Shown: piece by piece, positions 11,561-22,985 of the stretch
How the letters are laid out: every line of letters starts with the position of its first letter
How positions within the stretch are numbered: the first letter of the stretch is position 1
DNA from: Podarcis bocagei
Lineage: Eukaryota
Reading direction: 5' to 3' (one strand)
NCBI GenBank assembly: GCA_964188305.1
Contig: OZ076893.1
Length of the DNA stretch: 64,000 nucleotides
The notes under the pieces: generated by a model
Told to the model about the DNA's origin: nothing
Database searches by the model: none
Seen by the model: the letters and a program-made list of their open reading frames with translations, nothing else
Position numbers and translations under genes: made by a program

Positions 11561-12086
11561 CAGTGGTACCTCGGGTTACAGACGCTTCCGGTTACAGACT
11601 CCGCTAACCTAGAAATAGTACCTCGGGTTAAGAACTTTGCTTCAGGATGAGAACAGAAATCACATGGCGGCGGCAAAGTACCATATTTTTCGCTCTATAA
11701 CACGCATCCGACCATAACACGCACATAGTTTTTAGAGGAGGAAAATCCGTAGGCATGCCACCCGTAGGCATTTCCTCCATAACACGCACAGACATTTCCC
11801 CTTACTTTCTAGGAGGAAAAAAAGTGAGCGTTATGGTGAAAAAAATACAGTACCTCAGGATAAGTACTTAATTCATTCCGGAGGTCCGTTCTTAACCTGA
11901 AACTGTTCTTAACCTGAAGCACCACTTTAGCTAATAGGGCCTGCTGCTGCCACTGCGCCACCGCTGCACGATTTCTGTTCTCATCCTGAAGCAAAGTTCT
12001 TAACCCGAGGTACTATTTCTGGGTTAGCGGAGCCTGTAACCTGAAGCGTATGTAACCTGAAGCGTATGTAACCCGAGGTACCACTG
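11561..12086. mobile_element. Tc1/mariner (Tigger-like) MITE
   Basis: TIRs CAGTGGTACCTCGGGTTACA / TGTAACCCGAGGTACCACTG, TA TSD, long palindromic arms. Confidence 0.88.
11681..11850. mobile_element. Small Tc1/mariner (pogo/Tc2-like) MITE nested in the Tigger-like MITE
   Basis: Termini CCATATTTTTCGCTCTATAAC ... GTTATGGTGAAAAAAATACAG, TA on both sides; a near-identical free copy is at 54967-55135. Confidence 0.82.
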
Positions 12087-12817
12087 TATACATATTTAAT
12101 CCCTATGAAAATTCTTCAGCATTTTACTGTTAATTTCTATCTAGTTACACATCTTTGTATGCTGTTTTGAGTAATGCAAACATATTTACAAGCAATTTCA
12201 CTCAATGCATTTTAGTATGTCATTTTCACTAATATATTAATTTTTATCTTCACTTCACCCTAATATATGCATTTTTTAAAACATTGGCTTGACAACTGCA
12301 AAATTTGATAAATGCAAAATTTGAAGGATGGTTGTGTTTTAGTTGTCATCAAAGTGTAAATTTGATAGATTCAGACATGAACTGAATTTGTTGTATTGTG
12401 TCTGCAGTTGGGAGACTGTTCTGGTCAAGTAAGCTCTTGGTGTGATTCAGAATACCAAAAAACCAGAGAAACATTTTGTGCATTTCTGGGGGGTTTAGTC
12501 AGGTTCCATCCTTGAATATACTCATCTTAGACTTCTAAAGGGCACAGACACAATTATCATGTATTCTGAGGGGGGAAAGGTAGATTAGAGAGATTTGTAT
12601 GGTTTACACTTACAGTACAAATTCAGGAAACCTCTGACATGGGTTTTGGTTGGAAAACTCATTCTCTATATTTACAATGCAGCATAAAAAGTGACCCTCA
12701 CATACTCAGGGGTCTGTTCCAGTAAAGACTGTAACAGCATTTGTTCATTTTTGAATAGTATTAGTTCATTTTTGCAAAGATACCACAATAATGTAGACTT
12801 GATTGTTTGCATTTCAG

Positions 12818-12947
12818 CTGCATTTGCAGAATCTTGTGACAGGGGAGCAGTTTGATTTCCCTGTAGATAGGTGGCTGGCACAACAGGATGATGGCGAAAT
12901 ATGTCAAGAACTTCCTGTTTTACATCTGGGTCAGCCCATTCTTCCAG
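12818..12947 (+). CDS. RP1: RP1 long-isoform exon C, PLAT1 C-terminal part (LHLQNLVTGEQFDFPVDRWLAQQDDGEICQELPV...)
   Basis: atttcag acceptor, gtaagg donor, 130 bp, phase 0 to 1. Contains the FPxxRWL...DG motif. Confidence 0.9.
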
Positions 12948-13084
12948 GTAAGGAATACAAAAATAGCAGGAGTTATGGGGACTCTTCCCGTCCCTATAAC
13001 TGCAATCAATAGGAAACTGCTTAGACATGGAAAATACTTAATGGGGAATGATAAATAGAAATATATGACCATTAAATACATGTT

Positions 13085-13367
13085 TAAGCCCAATACTTTT
13101 AACATTAAAAGATTCCCTAAACAGGGCTGCCTTCAGATGTCTTCTAAAGGTCTGGTAGTTGTTGTTCTCTTTGACATCTGGTGGGAGGGCGTTCTGCAGG
13201 GCGGGTGCCACTACTGAGAAGGTCCTCTGCCTGGTTCCCTGTAACTTGGCTTCTCACAGTGAGGGAACTGCCAGAAGGCCCTCAGTGCTGGACCTCAGGG
13301 TCTGGGTAGAATGATGGTGGTGGAGACGCTCCTTCAGGTACACTGGACCAAGACCATTTAGGGCTTT
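13085..13367 (-). mobile_element. L2-type LINE 3' fragment
   Basis: Similar in kind to the L2 3' regions at 5000-5300 and 15800-16150 (…gagggcgttc…gccactactgagaagg…ccatttagggcttt). Confidence 0.55.
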
Positions 13368-13650
13368 GCCCACAGCCCTCATATACTGCTCTGATCGCTT
13401 CCTACTCAGTGTTATATCTCGTAGCTACATTTGCTAACAGAGATTCTCCTCATTAGGTACAAGCAACCATTCCCCCTTCTCTACTCTCTGAGTTCCGATA
13501 GTAGATGTGGAAATATGCCAAGATAAAGAAGTTAATTTAGAAATTATGTCTTATTGGGTTGGAGACCCAACTCAGTCATGCTTAGAACAGTCCCAATGAA
13601 ATCAATGGGATTTAATGGTCCACTAACCCATTGATTTTAGTGGGACAATT

Positions 13651-15466
13651 TTTTTTTTAATAAAAATTTTATTGGGTTTTCCGCTTTTATAAAGACAATA
13701 CAGACACAAAAATAACACAAGACACAAACATGTATAAATTCAGCAGATCCTCTTTTCATAACCTTGTTCCCTGACTTCCCCCCACCCCCCCTCGTGCATC
13801 CCAATTCCCAAGATTATATCAGCAAGTTGGTATTTCTCCTCTTAACCATCTTATTCATTTTATTACCTCAAAAAATTGATTTTCCTAAGTTGGACTTAAG
13901 TTCTCTTCCATCGATTTTTCATTTTATCTTGATTAAAAGTCATATTAACCAAACCTGAAAGTCTTAAGAGTTTTTAAGAATCTCCTCTTCCCTCCCTCCC
14001 ATCCCCAGTTTTTGTCCCTTCCCAATAAAAATCCAAAGTCAAGATTCTCAGCCTGGGTTCCTCACGTCCGAGGCTTTCAAGTCCCTTTCAGTCCCTCTCC
14101 GCCGGTCTTGTTGGTAGTCCTTTATGTCAGTCGTCGAGTCTGGAAAAAGATCTTTCACCATGAAAGCATATTCTCTTCCCACATGGAGATTTGAAAGCAA
14201 CTGCTGGAGTATTTCCACAAAGCCTGTATCTTCAAAGTCAAAGTCCAAACGGAGGCCCCAATCATATTTCTTTATTTTAAGTTCCTGTATTCCATATTGT
14301 CCCAGAACCTCCTCCTTCTTCTTCTGCATCTTTCGCAGACTTGTGGTAGATATGTTCCCAGAGTCTCCTTGCTTGAGTTCCACAGATGTCAGCTTTTGGT
14401 TGTTGCTTCCCAAGGTTACTTTCTCTTTTTCTTGTTTAGTCTCTTCCACCTCTGTAGACATTGTTTCCCATTCAGCTGTGGATTCTTTCTCATTCAGGTC
14501 CTCAATACAAACAGCAGAGTTGCCTGTTCCCAAGGTCATAGTGATAAGTTGTTTATTCATGGCTAAGCTCTGCTCTTGTAAGATTCCCACCAATTGAAAC
14601 ATCCTTTCGATTTCCACTAGTAACTTTCCATCCACAGCCATTGTATCCATTGTAGTTTCACAGAATTCCCCCTAGGGGGAATCTGGTTACTTATTAGTCT
14701 TTTCTCCAACAGTCCTTTAGCTTATTATTGTTACTTTGTTTCCAACAATTTTAGCTCAATTATACCTCGTCTTAATCCAGAGGGATCTTAAATAGTGATT
14801 TTTCCGCTTTAAACTGCCCGTTTGACAGCTTTGACAGCTGTCAAACTCCGCAGCTCTTACACAGGCACGAAGGCAGGACGTTCCCGAGCCCGGGAGGGGG
14901 GGTTGTTTAAAACATAAAGAGGGTCTCCAAAACTCCACTCTCCAGCACACAATTTCCTTTAGCTAAATCTTGAAAGTTAGTGTCCTTTTTAACTCACCCC
15001 ACCAAGGGTAGGCTCTCCAACTTAGCTCTTATGTCGTTGCTTAGATCGTCTGCAGGGGGGGGTGCGGACTTCCTTTTAGCACACACCCCGGTCGTCTCCA
15101 ATTCAGGGTAAAATTTTTAAAGTCCCAATCCGTCTTACTCACGGGTAATTCTTTCAGTCCAAATTTTCAAGGAAGAAAGTCAGCGCTCTCTGGTCATGGC
15201 TCGCGGCTTCGCTCCACCGAGGTAGCGGTCGACTCTCAGTGCCACGCCACCCCCGTATCCTCTCCGCAGCCTTTAAAAAGGCTCTTCGTGGATCAGGGGG
15301 GGCGCTTAAGGCACCCGCCGAGTCTTCAGTCCGCAGGCTTCCGCGCCTGCGGTTTTTAAGGGTCCCCGCGTCACCGGCGCGGCAAAGACCCGTCCTCAGT
15401 AGAGCCGATTCCCTCCGCAGCTCGGAGGGAATCCGCCATTTCCAGATCGCGTCAACCCGGAAGTAC
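13651..15466 (-). mobile_element. Non-autonomous L1-like (HAL1-like, ORF1-only) retroelement of about 1.8 kb
   Basis: 18-bp TSD GATTTTAGTGGGACAATT (13633-13650, 15467-15484). On the minus strand: CpG-rich 5' end (ACTTCCGG...AAATGGCG), one 200-aa ORF, then AATAAA and a poly(A) at 13651-13675. Confidence 0.78.
14048..14650 (-). CDS. 200-aa E/K/Q-rich, probably coiled-coil ORF of the retroelement (ORF1-like)
   Basis: ATG-initiated intact ORF inside the TSD-bounded element; no RT or endonuclease motifs. Confidence 0.55.
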   Translation of the reverse strand: MDTMAVDGKLLVEIERMFQLVGILQEQSLAMNKQLITMTLGTGNSAVCIEDLNEKESTAEWETMSTEVEETKQEKEKVTLGSNNQKLTSVELKQGDSGNISTTSLRKMQKKKEEVLGQYGIQELKIKKYDWGLRLDFDFEDTGFVEILQQLLSNLHVGREYAFMVKDLFPDSTTDIKDYQQDRRRGTERDLKASDVRNPG

Positions 15467-15699
15467 GATTTTAGTGGGACAATTAAGCATATGTTTAAAT
15501 CTCTCCCAGTGAAATTGGATGAACTTCAAGATGCTTAACTTTGCCTGGTTGGTTTCTTTTCCACGTTTATTTATATACATTAATATTTTCCTTGTATAAA
15601 TCAGCTTAATGCCTCTGGGTCATTGCTCCCAGACAGATGTTACAGAAGTTGCTTGCCTTGATATACAACACTTTCTCCACATTATTGTAGAGAATTATT

Positions 15700-16600
15700 G
15701 TTATCTTAATTATTTATTAAATTTATATACTGTCCTTCTCTGAGGATCACAGGGCAGTTTACAATATTAAAAACACAAAAATGTATAACATCATAACAAA
15801 AATAATATCTCTCCCCCCTCCCCCCAGTTTAAAAGACATTTAATTGTTTAATTAGCCAAAGGCCTGGGAGAAGGGAATGTTTTTGCCTGGTGCCAAAAGT
15901 ATGTAACAAAGGTGCCAGATAACCCTCCCTGGAAAGAGCATTCCACAAGTGGGGAGCCAGGGCAGAAAAGGCCCATTCTCACGTTGCCACCCTCCACACC
16001 TCTTGTGGAGGAGGCACATGAGGAGGGGGCTCGAATGATGATTGCAGGGTCCAGGTCAGTTCATTCAAGGAAAGAGGAACAGGTGATCCTTGAGCCATGT
16101 TGAAGGTCAAAACTAGCACATTGAGTTGGGCCCAGAAAGTAATTGGAAGCCAGTGCGGTCGGGCCAGGATCGGTGTAAGACAGGCATAGGCAAACTTGGC
16201 CCTCCAGATGTTTTGGGACTACAACTCCCACCACCCCTGACCACTGGTCCTGTTAGCTAGGGATGATGAGAGTTGTCATCCCAAAACATCTGGAGGGCCG
16301 AGTTTGCCTATGCCTGGTATAAGATGCTCAAACCATCTTGCCCCAGTGAGCAACCTAGCCGCTGAATTCTGCACCGGCTGAAGTTTCTGAACCATCTTCA
16401 GAGGCAGCCCCACATAGACTGCATTGCAGTAATCTAACCTAGAAGTTACTAGAGCGTAGATGACAGAAGTTAGGCTATCTCTGTCCAGATAGGGGTGTAG
16501 CTGGGCCACCAGCCAAAGCTAGTGGAAGGCACTCAAGGCCACCAAGGCCACTTATGCCTCAAGTGATAGCAGTACCCTCAAGCTTTGCACTTGCTCCTCC
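15700..16600 (-). mobile_element. L2-type LINE 3' fragment, same family as 4908-6050
   Basis: Peptide ALVTSRLDYCNAVYVGLPLKMVQKLQPVQNSAARLL; 3' UTR aligns with 4970-5300 and 27440-27762. Confidence 0.8.
16181..16316. mobile_element. Palindromic hAT MITE (URR1-like) nested in L2
   Basis: TIR CAGGCATAGGCAAACT / AGTTTGCCTATGCCTG; 8-bp TSD GTGTAAGA/GTATAAGA. Degenerate relatives near 19350-19490, 33525-33640, 51723-51835 and 53470-53600. Confidence 0.85.
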
Positions 16601-16865
16601 ATATTGAAAAAGGCACACACCCTTTCATGAATGAGGCAGAGTACAAACATTTATTTTTCCATAAACACATACATCCTGATGTTGATGACACATAAGAAAC
16701 ACCCTATATATGATTTGTTTTCTTATAGACACTAGCTAATATGGGGGCAACTCTTCTTACTGTATAGTAAGCCAAACTTCCCAATAGGATGATACATCTG
16801 TATCAGTTGTTGGTGTTGTGCATGCAATAGTATGTTTGTAAAAGCCTGTCTTCTCTTACTGTCAG

Positions 16866-17017
16866 TGGCAGTGTACGAGGTGCATGTGGTAACAGGTGAT
16901 CTGTGGAATGCTGGAACAGAAGCTGATATCTACATTGCTGTCTATGGAGAAAAGGGTGACACTGGTTCCCGACAGCTCCGTAGGTCAAAGAAACCTAGGA
17001 AATGTGTAAAAGGACAA
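16866..17017 (+). CDS. RP1: RP1 long-isoform exon D, PLAT2 N-terminal part (VAVYEVHVVTGDLWNAGTEADIYIAVYGEKGDTGSRQL...)
   Basis: ctgtcag acceptor, gtgagt donor, 152 bp, phase 1 to 0. Contains the YxVxVxTG..AGT..IYI..YG.KGDTG motif. Confidence 0.9.
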
Positions 17018-17705
17018 GTGAGTGGATTATAGCAATGTGTCTATCTTCTGAAGTACTCCCCTGTTCCCATTTCATTGCGAATATTTCTACAGGGCTGTTC
17101 ATGCATTCAGAAAGCACAGGTTTCTAACCCATAAACTCATTTGTCCCAATAATGCTACTAGCAGTATGTCAGGACATTTTTTAAAAAATCATATCAGTAG
17201 GGACAGTTCAAATATGTAGGTTAGGAAAGTATTCTGCCAAAATCAGATCGGCTAGTGACCCTATGTAGTTTGGCTGAGATGTTCTTCAGCAGACTAAGGT
17301 CCCTGGGGTAGGGTGCAGCCAGCCTTTATAGGAGTGAAGCCTGCTCCACTCCCAAGCCCCACCCACTTGCCATGGCTGGATTAGCCCAAGAGTCAAATGG
17401 TTAGCTGGAGAGAAAGCCCATCAATCCAAGCAGCCGGCTAGGGGATTCCTCAGCTGCCAGCCACCTAGCTTCAGTGTTGCTTCCAAGGGATCTGAGCCCA
17501 CTGAACAATTATTTTAATTCAGGCGAGTTACTGTGATCAACAAGAATTATTTTTGCCATTTACTACACAGGCAGAAACTGGTTTTGGGTATCCATTCATA
17601 CTTATGTGCTTCACTGACCACATAGACTTATAATGTGGAGAGAGAGAGATCTAACATTTTTAATCCTGAAACTTTTCTAATCACACTTTAATTGTTTGAT
17701 TGCAG

Positions 17706-17784
17706 ACTGATATATTTTTACTTGAAGCTGTGCACCTTGGAAATCTGCATAGAATTGTTATAGGACACAATGGACTTGGCTCAG
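17706..17784 (+). CDS. RP1: RP1 long-isoform exon E, PLAT2 (TDIFLLEAVHLGNLHRIVIGHNGLGS)
   Basis: ttgcag acceptor, gtcaga donor, 79 bp, phase 0 to 1. Confidence 0.88.
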
Positions 17785-18702
17785 GTCAGAAATGTCAATG
17801 CAGTGAATTCTGTCAACCTGTTTTGCTGACATAGAAATGATGACAAGTAGCCCATTTATATGACTACTGGACTCACAGAAGCTACATATTTTTATTTTTA
17901 AAATGACAGATCAATATTTAGGACAAGCAGGTTATTTTAGGAAAAATATGCCTACCATCATTTGGTAGGCAAACTGGACATTCAAACTGTTTTCACCCAT
18001 GATTGTGTACACATTTTTTTACATATTTTTTCTTAAACTTCGTGTAGGGAAACTGTAATGTTTGAAGAGGTAAACTGATTTTCAGCCTTTTAGTGAGAAC
18101 TGCAGCATAAAAGAATCAATCTTCTCAGTTATGCTTTGTGCTTGTCAATATACAATTCTCCCAAACTGGTGACAATCTGCATTGTGAACCTTTGATTTGA
18201 TTGGTTGATGATTGAACCATTACTTTTCCGTGCTCCTGGAGTATGCCACAAAATTACACTGCTTCACAGCAGTTTATCATTCAGTAAGCACTGCAGCCTT
18301 TACAGCATAAACTGTAGGATTAGGGTTTTTTCCTCTACATACAATTCACATTTGATCCCCCCCCCAAAAAAAATATCATAGAGAAAAGTTTGCTAATATG
18401 TAAATACTATTCATATGTAGTACAAATAAATGGTCCACAGATGTGTGTTGATTATTTGATTATATAAGACTTGATTATTAGCAGGTGAGCATGTGCTCAG
18501 ATTGAACAGAAAAGGTGAATTCAAGGTGACATTGAGTAAGATATATGTTTCGTTAGCCCTGTGATGACTCAATTGCATATCTACAGCATCCCATGCATTG
18601 TTCATGCACATTTTATCTGGATCTTAGTAACAGTCAATTGTGTGTGTGTGATTAGTTCACTATTAAGAATGGAATCTTTATCATCTTCATAATTCCTCCT
18701 AG

Positions 18703-18778
18703 GAAATGGTTGGTTTCTGGAGAAAATTGTAGTCAAGGATTTTATTACCAGCTCGGATTATAACTTTGCGTGCCACAG
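18703..18778 (+). CDS. RP1: RP1 long-isoform exon F, PLAT2 (GNGWFLEKIVVKDFITSSDYNFACH)
   Basis: ctcctag acceptor, gtttgt donor, 76 bp, phase 1 to 2. Contains the GWFLxxIVV motif. Confidence 0.88.
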
Positions 18779-19892
18779 GTTTGTGAAGTTTATAATTTTG
18801 AAAAAGATTGTGTTAACCAACTCAGAATGTTAGACCTCATTGTACGTGATGATCAGCTACGATCTTCCAAGAACCTGTTGTTAAGTTAGAAGAATTGCAT
18901 ACTCTGAATTTCATAGAATCAAAGAATTGTAGGTTAGAAGGGATCCCAGGGGTCATCTAGTCCAACGCCCCAGCAATACTGTTTGTTTTTACTCAATAGT
19001 GAAGAAAATGCACTGAGACCACTCAAAGGCACACTCAACATTTATTATCTCACGTGATCCAGATATAGCCTTTAGTACTTAAAGAAGGTTCTGGGGCTTA
19101 CCTCACAGGTTCTGAGAAAAGACCTGGCTCAAAATGAGTCTTCCTCAGCAGATTCCAAATATTTTATCATCTTTTGACAATTATTTGTATTTTCATTATA
19201 AAAGAAGATGTTTCTATTTGGTGAGGTTGGGAAAAGGCTTACTGTTTCAAAACATGAAGCAAAAATTTCAAGGATATAGAGCACCTGTTATATGCATCTA
19301 CTAGTCAAATACTATGGGTGGTAACATTGCATATGATCTTTTGATCAAATCATGGGGTGTAGAACCTGTGCCTCTTGCAGTATTGCTGGGCTACAACTTT
19401 CACTGCCTCTGCTCATTGACCATGCTGGCTGGAGCTGATGGGAGCTGGAGCCTAACAACCTCTGGAGGGCCATAGATTTCTCAGTCCTCATGTAAGAGAG
19501 ATTAGATATGCCACATCGCCCCCTCCTGGGCAGTCAGCCCCATTCACACCTCTTCATTAAACATAATGTGAGGGGGAAGTTCCACAGTTGCTTGTGGGGT
19601 GTCAGGGAATACAAGTAACTATTTCTTTACCTCAGTCACCCACATAAAACAATGAAAGCAGAACTCATCCCCTTTTCATAGACCTTAGCACAGGTCTACC
19701 CCCAGCTAATGTTCCCTCTCAAGCTTTGGCCATCCTTTTTTATGGAGGCTGTATTTCATGAAATGTTCTAAATATAATCTTGTCCATGCAACCCAGTACT
19801 ATGCAAGTTTATTTGGAAGTAAGTCATTTGACTGCAGTGGGACTTGCTGCTCTCAAATAAGGCTGCTCCCAAACAAGGGAAATCCAGCCAGA

Positions 19893-19894
<2 letters not shown>

Positions 19895-19940
<46 letters not shown>

Positions 19941-19968
19941 GATTATGATTATTATTATTATTATTATT
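19895..19968. repeat. (TTA)n microsatellite
   Basis: Direct reading; it produces the spurious poly-Y and poly-N ORFs. Confidence 0.95.
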
Positions 19969-20529
19969 GTGAGCAGGATTTTCACAACAAAATATTATTA
20001 ATGACCCGTTCATATCTAGTTTGTTCTTTTACCCATTCATTTCCTTTAACATACAGATTTTTATCTTCCTATATTAATGCTAGTCCCCAATCTATCAATA
20101 GAAATCACACACTGCTCAAGAGGTTAATGGCTTCATCCAGTAGAGATCTTTCAGTACAGTTTTAATTTTATGGCAATCACTTTTTTTTCATAAACACAAG
20201 AATTGTTTGTGCTTGTACTTGTGTTTGTAGTAGCTTTTACTCTTCACATAGCTGTGCACCAGTTTTACAATACTGAGATTAAACTTTCTTAGGGGGAAAT
20301 ACTCATTATTAAACTTCTGAAAGAGAAGTTAACAAAATGTTGCTCTTTTAAAATATTTGTCTTTTCCTAAAGGTAGACCTTTATCTGGTCCCACAACCAT
20401 GTTTCTGATATGTAATCTAGAGTTGGCCAAACTAATAACCCAGGTTCATTTTAATATACCGTACTTGAGTTTATAAAGAGCAGCATGGAAATATGTATTG
20501 TTGTTATATAATGTGTTTTCCCCCCAAAG

Positions 20530-20606
20530 GTGGCTAGATCAAGGAGAAGATGATGGCAAAATTGTTAGAGAACTGTATGTCACTCTTGATGACACATTTG
20601 CTGGGA
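20530..20606 (+). CDS. RP1: RP1 long-isoform exon G, PLAT2 end (RWLDQGEDDGKIVRELYV...)
   Basis: ccccaaag acceptor, gtaagt donor, 77 bp, phase 2 to 1. Contains the RWLD..EDDG.I.REL motif. Confidence 0.88.
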
Positions 20607-20849
20607 GTAAGTATAAACCACTGGCAGACAAGAACATTTCATGAGCCATGGCACTTTGTGGTGTGTCTATAGAAGGTCACATTCTGGGTGTTTCAATGTT
20701 GGTTGTGCATGCAACCAGTATATAATTTCTTTGATATTTAAGGTTTAGCACTGATACCTGCTTCAAAGCCTTAAGGCTTAATCAGTCTGAGATTGTATTC
20801 TTATGCATGTTTAGTTGTGAGTAAGCCTAATTGAATGCATTGGGACTTA

Positions 20850-22143
20850 CCGTATTTTTCGCCCTATAAGACGCACCGGCCCATAGGACGCACCTAGTTT
20901 TCAGGGGGGGGGGAAATCAAGGAAAAAAATATGATTCCCCCCCGCAGCTCTGGGAGCAGCGGACAGGCTGCACGCAGCCTGTGCGCTACTCCAAGACCTT
21001 CTCCCTGCTTTTGCGGGAGGTGGCGGAATTCCCCCACCTCCCGCAAAAGCCCACAGGAGCCCCACGTAACTCCTGCGGGCTTTTCGACTAGGAGGGAGAA
21101 GGGACTGAAAGGGCCAGTCAGTCCCTTCTCCCTCCTTGGGGAAAAGCCCCCAAGAGCCGCTTGCTCTTTAAAGGGTGCGTGGCTCCTGCAGGCTTTTCTA
21201 GGAGGTGGGGGAATTCCCCCCCTCGTAGAAAAGCCAGCAGAAGCCGCGGAGCCCCTTTAAAGAGCGCACGGCTTTTGCCTGCTTTTGCGGGAGGTGGGGG
21301 AATTTCCCCATCTCCCGCAAAAGCCCAAAGGAGGGTTGGAGAGCAGCGGCAAGGCGTCGCGCGCCTTCCTGCTGCCCCCCATACTCTGGGGCTGGCGATG
21401 GGGGAAGCGCTGCTTTCCCCACCGCCAGCCTCAAACCCGGGTTGGAGAGTAGCGGCAAGGCGTCGCGCGCCTTCCTGCTGCCCCCCATCCTCTGGGGCTG
21501 GCGATGGGGGAAGCGCTGCTTTCCCCACCGCCAGCCTCAAACCCGGGTTGGAGAGTAGCAGCAAGGCGTCGCGCGCCTTCCTGCTGCCCCCCATCCTCTG
21601 GGGCTGGCAATGGGGGAAGCGCTGCTTTCTCCACCGCCAGCCTCAAACCCGGGTTGGAGAGCAGCGGCAAGGCGTCGCGCGCCTTCCTGCTGCCCCCCAT
21701 CCTCTGGGGCTGGCGATGGGGGAAGCGCTGCTTTCCCCACCGCCAGCCTCAAACCCGGGTTGGAGAGTAGCAGCAAGGCGTTGCGCGCCTTCCTGCTGCC
21801 CCCCATCCTCTGGGGCTGGCGATGGGGGAAGCGCTGCTTTCCCCACCGCCAGCCTCAAACCCGGGTTGGAGAGTAGCAGCAAGGCGTCGCGCGCCTTCCT
21901 GCTGCCCCCCATCCTCTGGGGCTGGCGATGGGGGAAGCGCTGCTTTCCTCCACCGCCAGCCTCAAACAGCAGACTCTCCTGGCTTCAGCGGAAGCAACGC
22001 GAAGCCTCCGGAGCGCAGGCTTCGGAGGCTTCGTGTTGCTATCGCTGAAGCCAAGGAGTCTGCATTCGCCCCATAAGACGCACCCACATTTCCCCTTCAT
22101 TTTTGGAGGGGAAAAAGTGCGTCTTATAGGGCGAAAAATACGG
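20850..22143. mobile_element. 1.3-kb non-autonomous Tc1/mariner (pogo/Tc2-like) DNA transposon
   Basis: Perfect 27-bp TIRs CCGTATTTTTCGCCCTATAAGACGCAC, TA on both sides, GC/CpG-rich interior, no transposase. Confidence 0.9.
21333..21967. repeat. 106-bp GC-rich tandem repeat, 6 copies
   Basis: Units start at 21333, 21439, 21545, 21651, 21757 and 21863 and differ by only a few substitutions. Confidence 0.95.
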
Positions 22144-22267
22144 TACTTCCAGAGCAACATACGTAGGACCACAAAGTTTCCCTGGAATTATATAGGATTT
22201 AAGTCTTGTTGATTCTAGTAAATTTGCCCCTTAGACTTTACTCATATTAGTGTTTTTATTTCTGTAG

Positions 22268-22299
22268 GACAAGAACTGGAAATCAAAAGAGCAGAAATG
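22268..22299 (+). CDS. RP1: RP1 long-isoform exon H, 32-bp linker exon (RQELEIKRAEM)
   Basis: tttctgtag acceptor, gtaaaa donor. Phase 1 to 0 exactly bridges exons G and I. Confidence 0.75.
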
Positions 22300-22653
22300 G
22301 TAAAATTCTACCTTCTATCCTTTTTTTTAAAGCTTTAAACAAAATTATTAGACCCATTTAAATCATGCTGTACAACATCTGTGGCTGTCCATGTGTTTCG
22401 CACAAGCAGTCTTTGGGAGGGGCCATAGGTTCGTAGTAGAAATGGGCACTGTGCAAGCACAAGGTACTGTCCTTAATTAGCATCTCCAGCTAAAAGGTCA
22501 TGGGTTGCGGGGCTAAAACGCTTCTGATGACACCCTGAAGAACTTCTGCCAGTCAGAGCAGACAGCAATAGGCTGGTTGAAATTTATATTAATTCAGTGT
22601 AGGATACTTGATGTGTTGCCGTTTGTGTGATGATTTGTTGTCTGCCTTTCCAG

Positions 22654-22783
22654 TGGGCAGCTGAAAAGTGGAAATTTCAGAAAGGCAATACACTTCAGTT
22701 TTACAACAAGGTATCCCATGGATTCATATGCCTGTCTCCTGATGGAACTGTTCATGCCCATGGTGACAAGAAAGATAAATACG
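22654..22783 (+). CDS. RP1: RP1 long-isoform exon I, FGF-like beta-trefoil domain 1, first part (WAAEKWKFQKGNTLQFYNKVSHGFICLSPDGTVHAHGDKKDKY)
   Basis: ctttccag acceptor, gtaact donor, 130 bp, phase 0 to 1. Confidence 0.85.
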
Positions 22784-22985
22784 GTAACTTTGTTGTCTCT
22801 TCTTTGTGAGCATGGTAAATTTTTGTTAACCCTTGTTGTGAAGAGGACTCTCTAAACTTTTGTAGATGTACAGTACAGAGTTAAGACAGTAGATTATTTA
22901 AACGAAATTCTTTGTTTTACACACATTACACTTATTAAGGCTAAGAGGAAGGGGCAGCTCCTTGAGCCTTTGTTGTACGGGCTGT

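Noticed and set aside
19758-20165. Poly-Tyr and poly-Asn ORFs (also 4723-5025)
   Set aside because: These are translations of (TTA)n microsatellites.
21333-21967. CRISPR-like array of palindromic repeats
   Set aside because: The units are contiguous and near-identical with no unique spacers, the context is eukaryotic and there are no cas genes; it is a minisatellite.
21161-22212. Cluster of 84-295 aa GC-rich ORFs on both strands
   Set aside because: They arise from the stop-poor 106-bp tandem repeat cycling through frames inside a non-autonomous transposon; there are no protein motifs.
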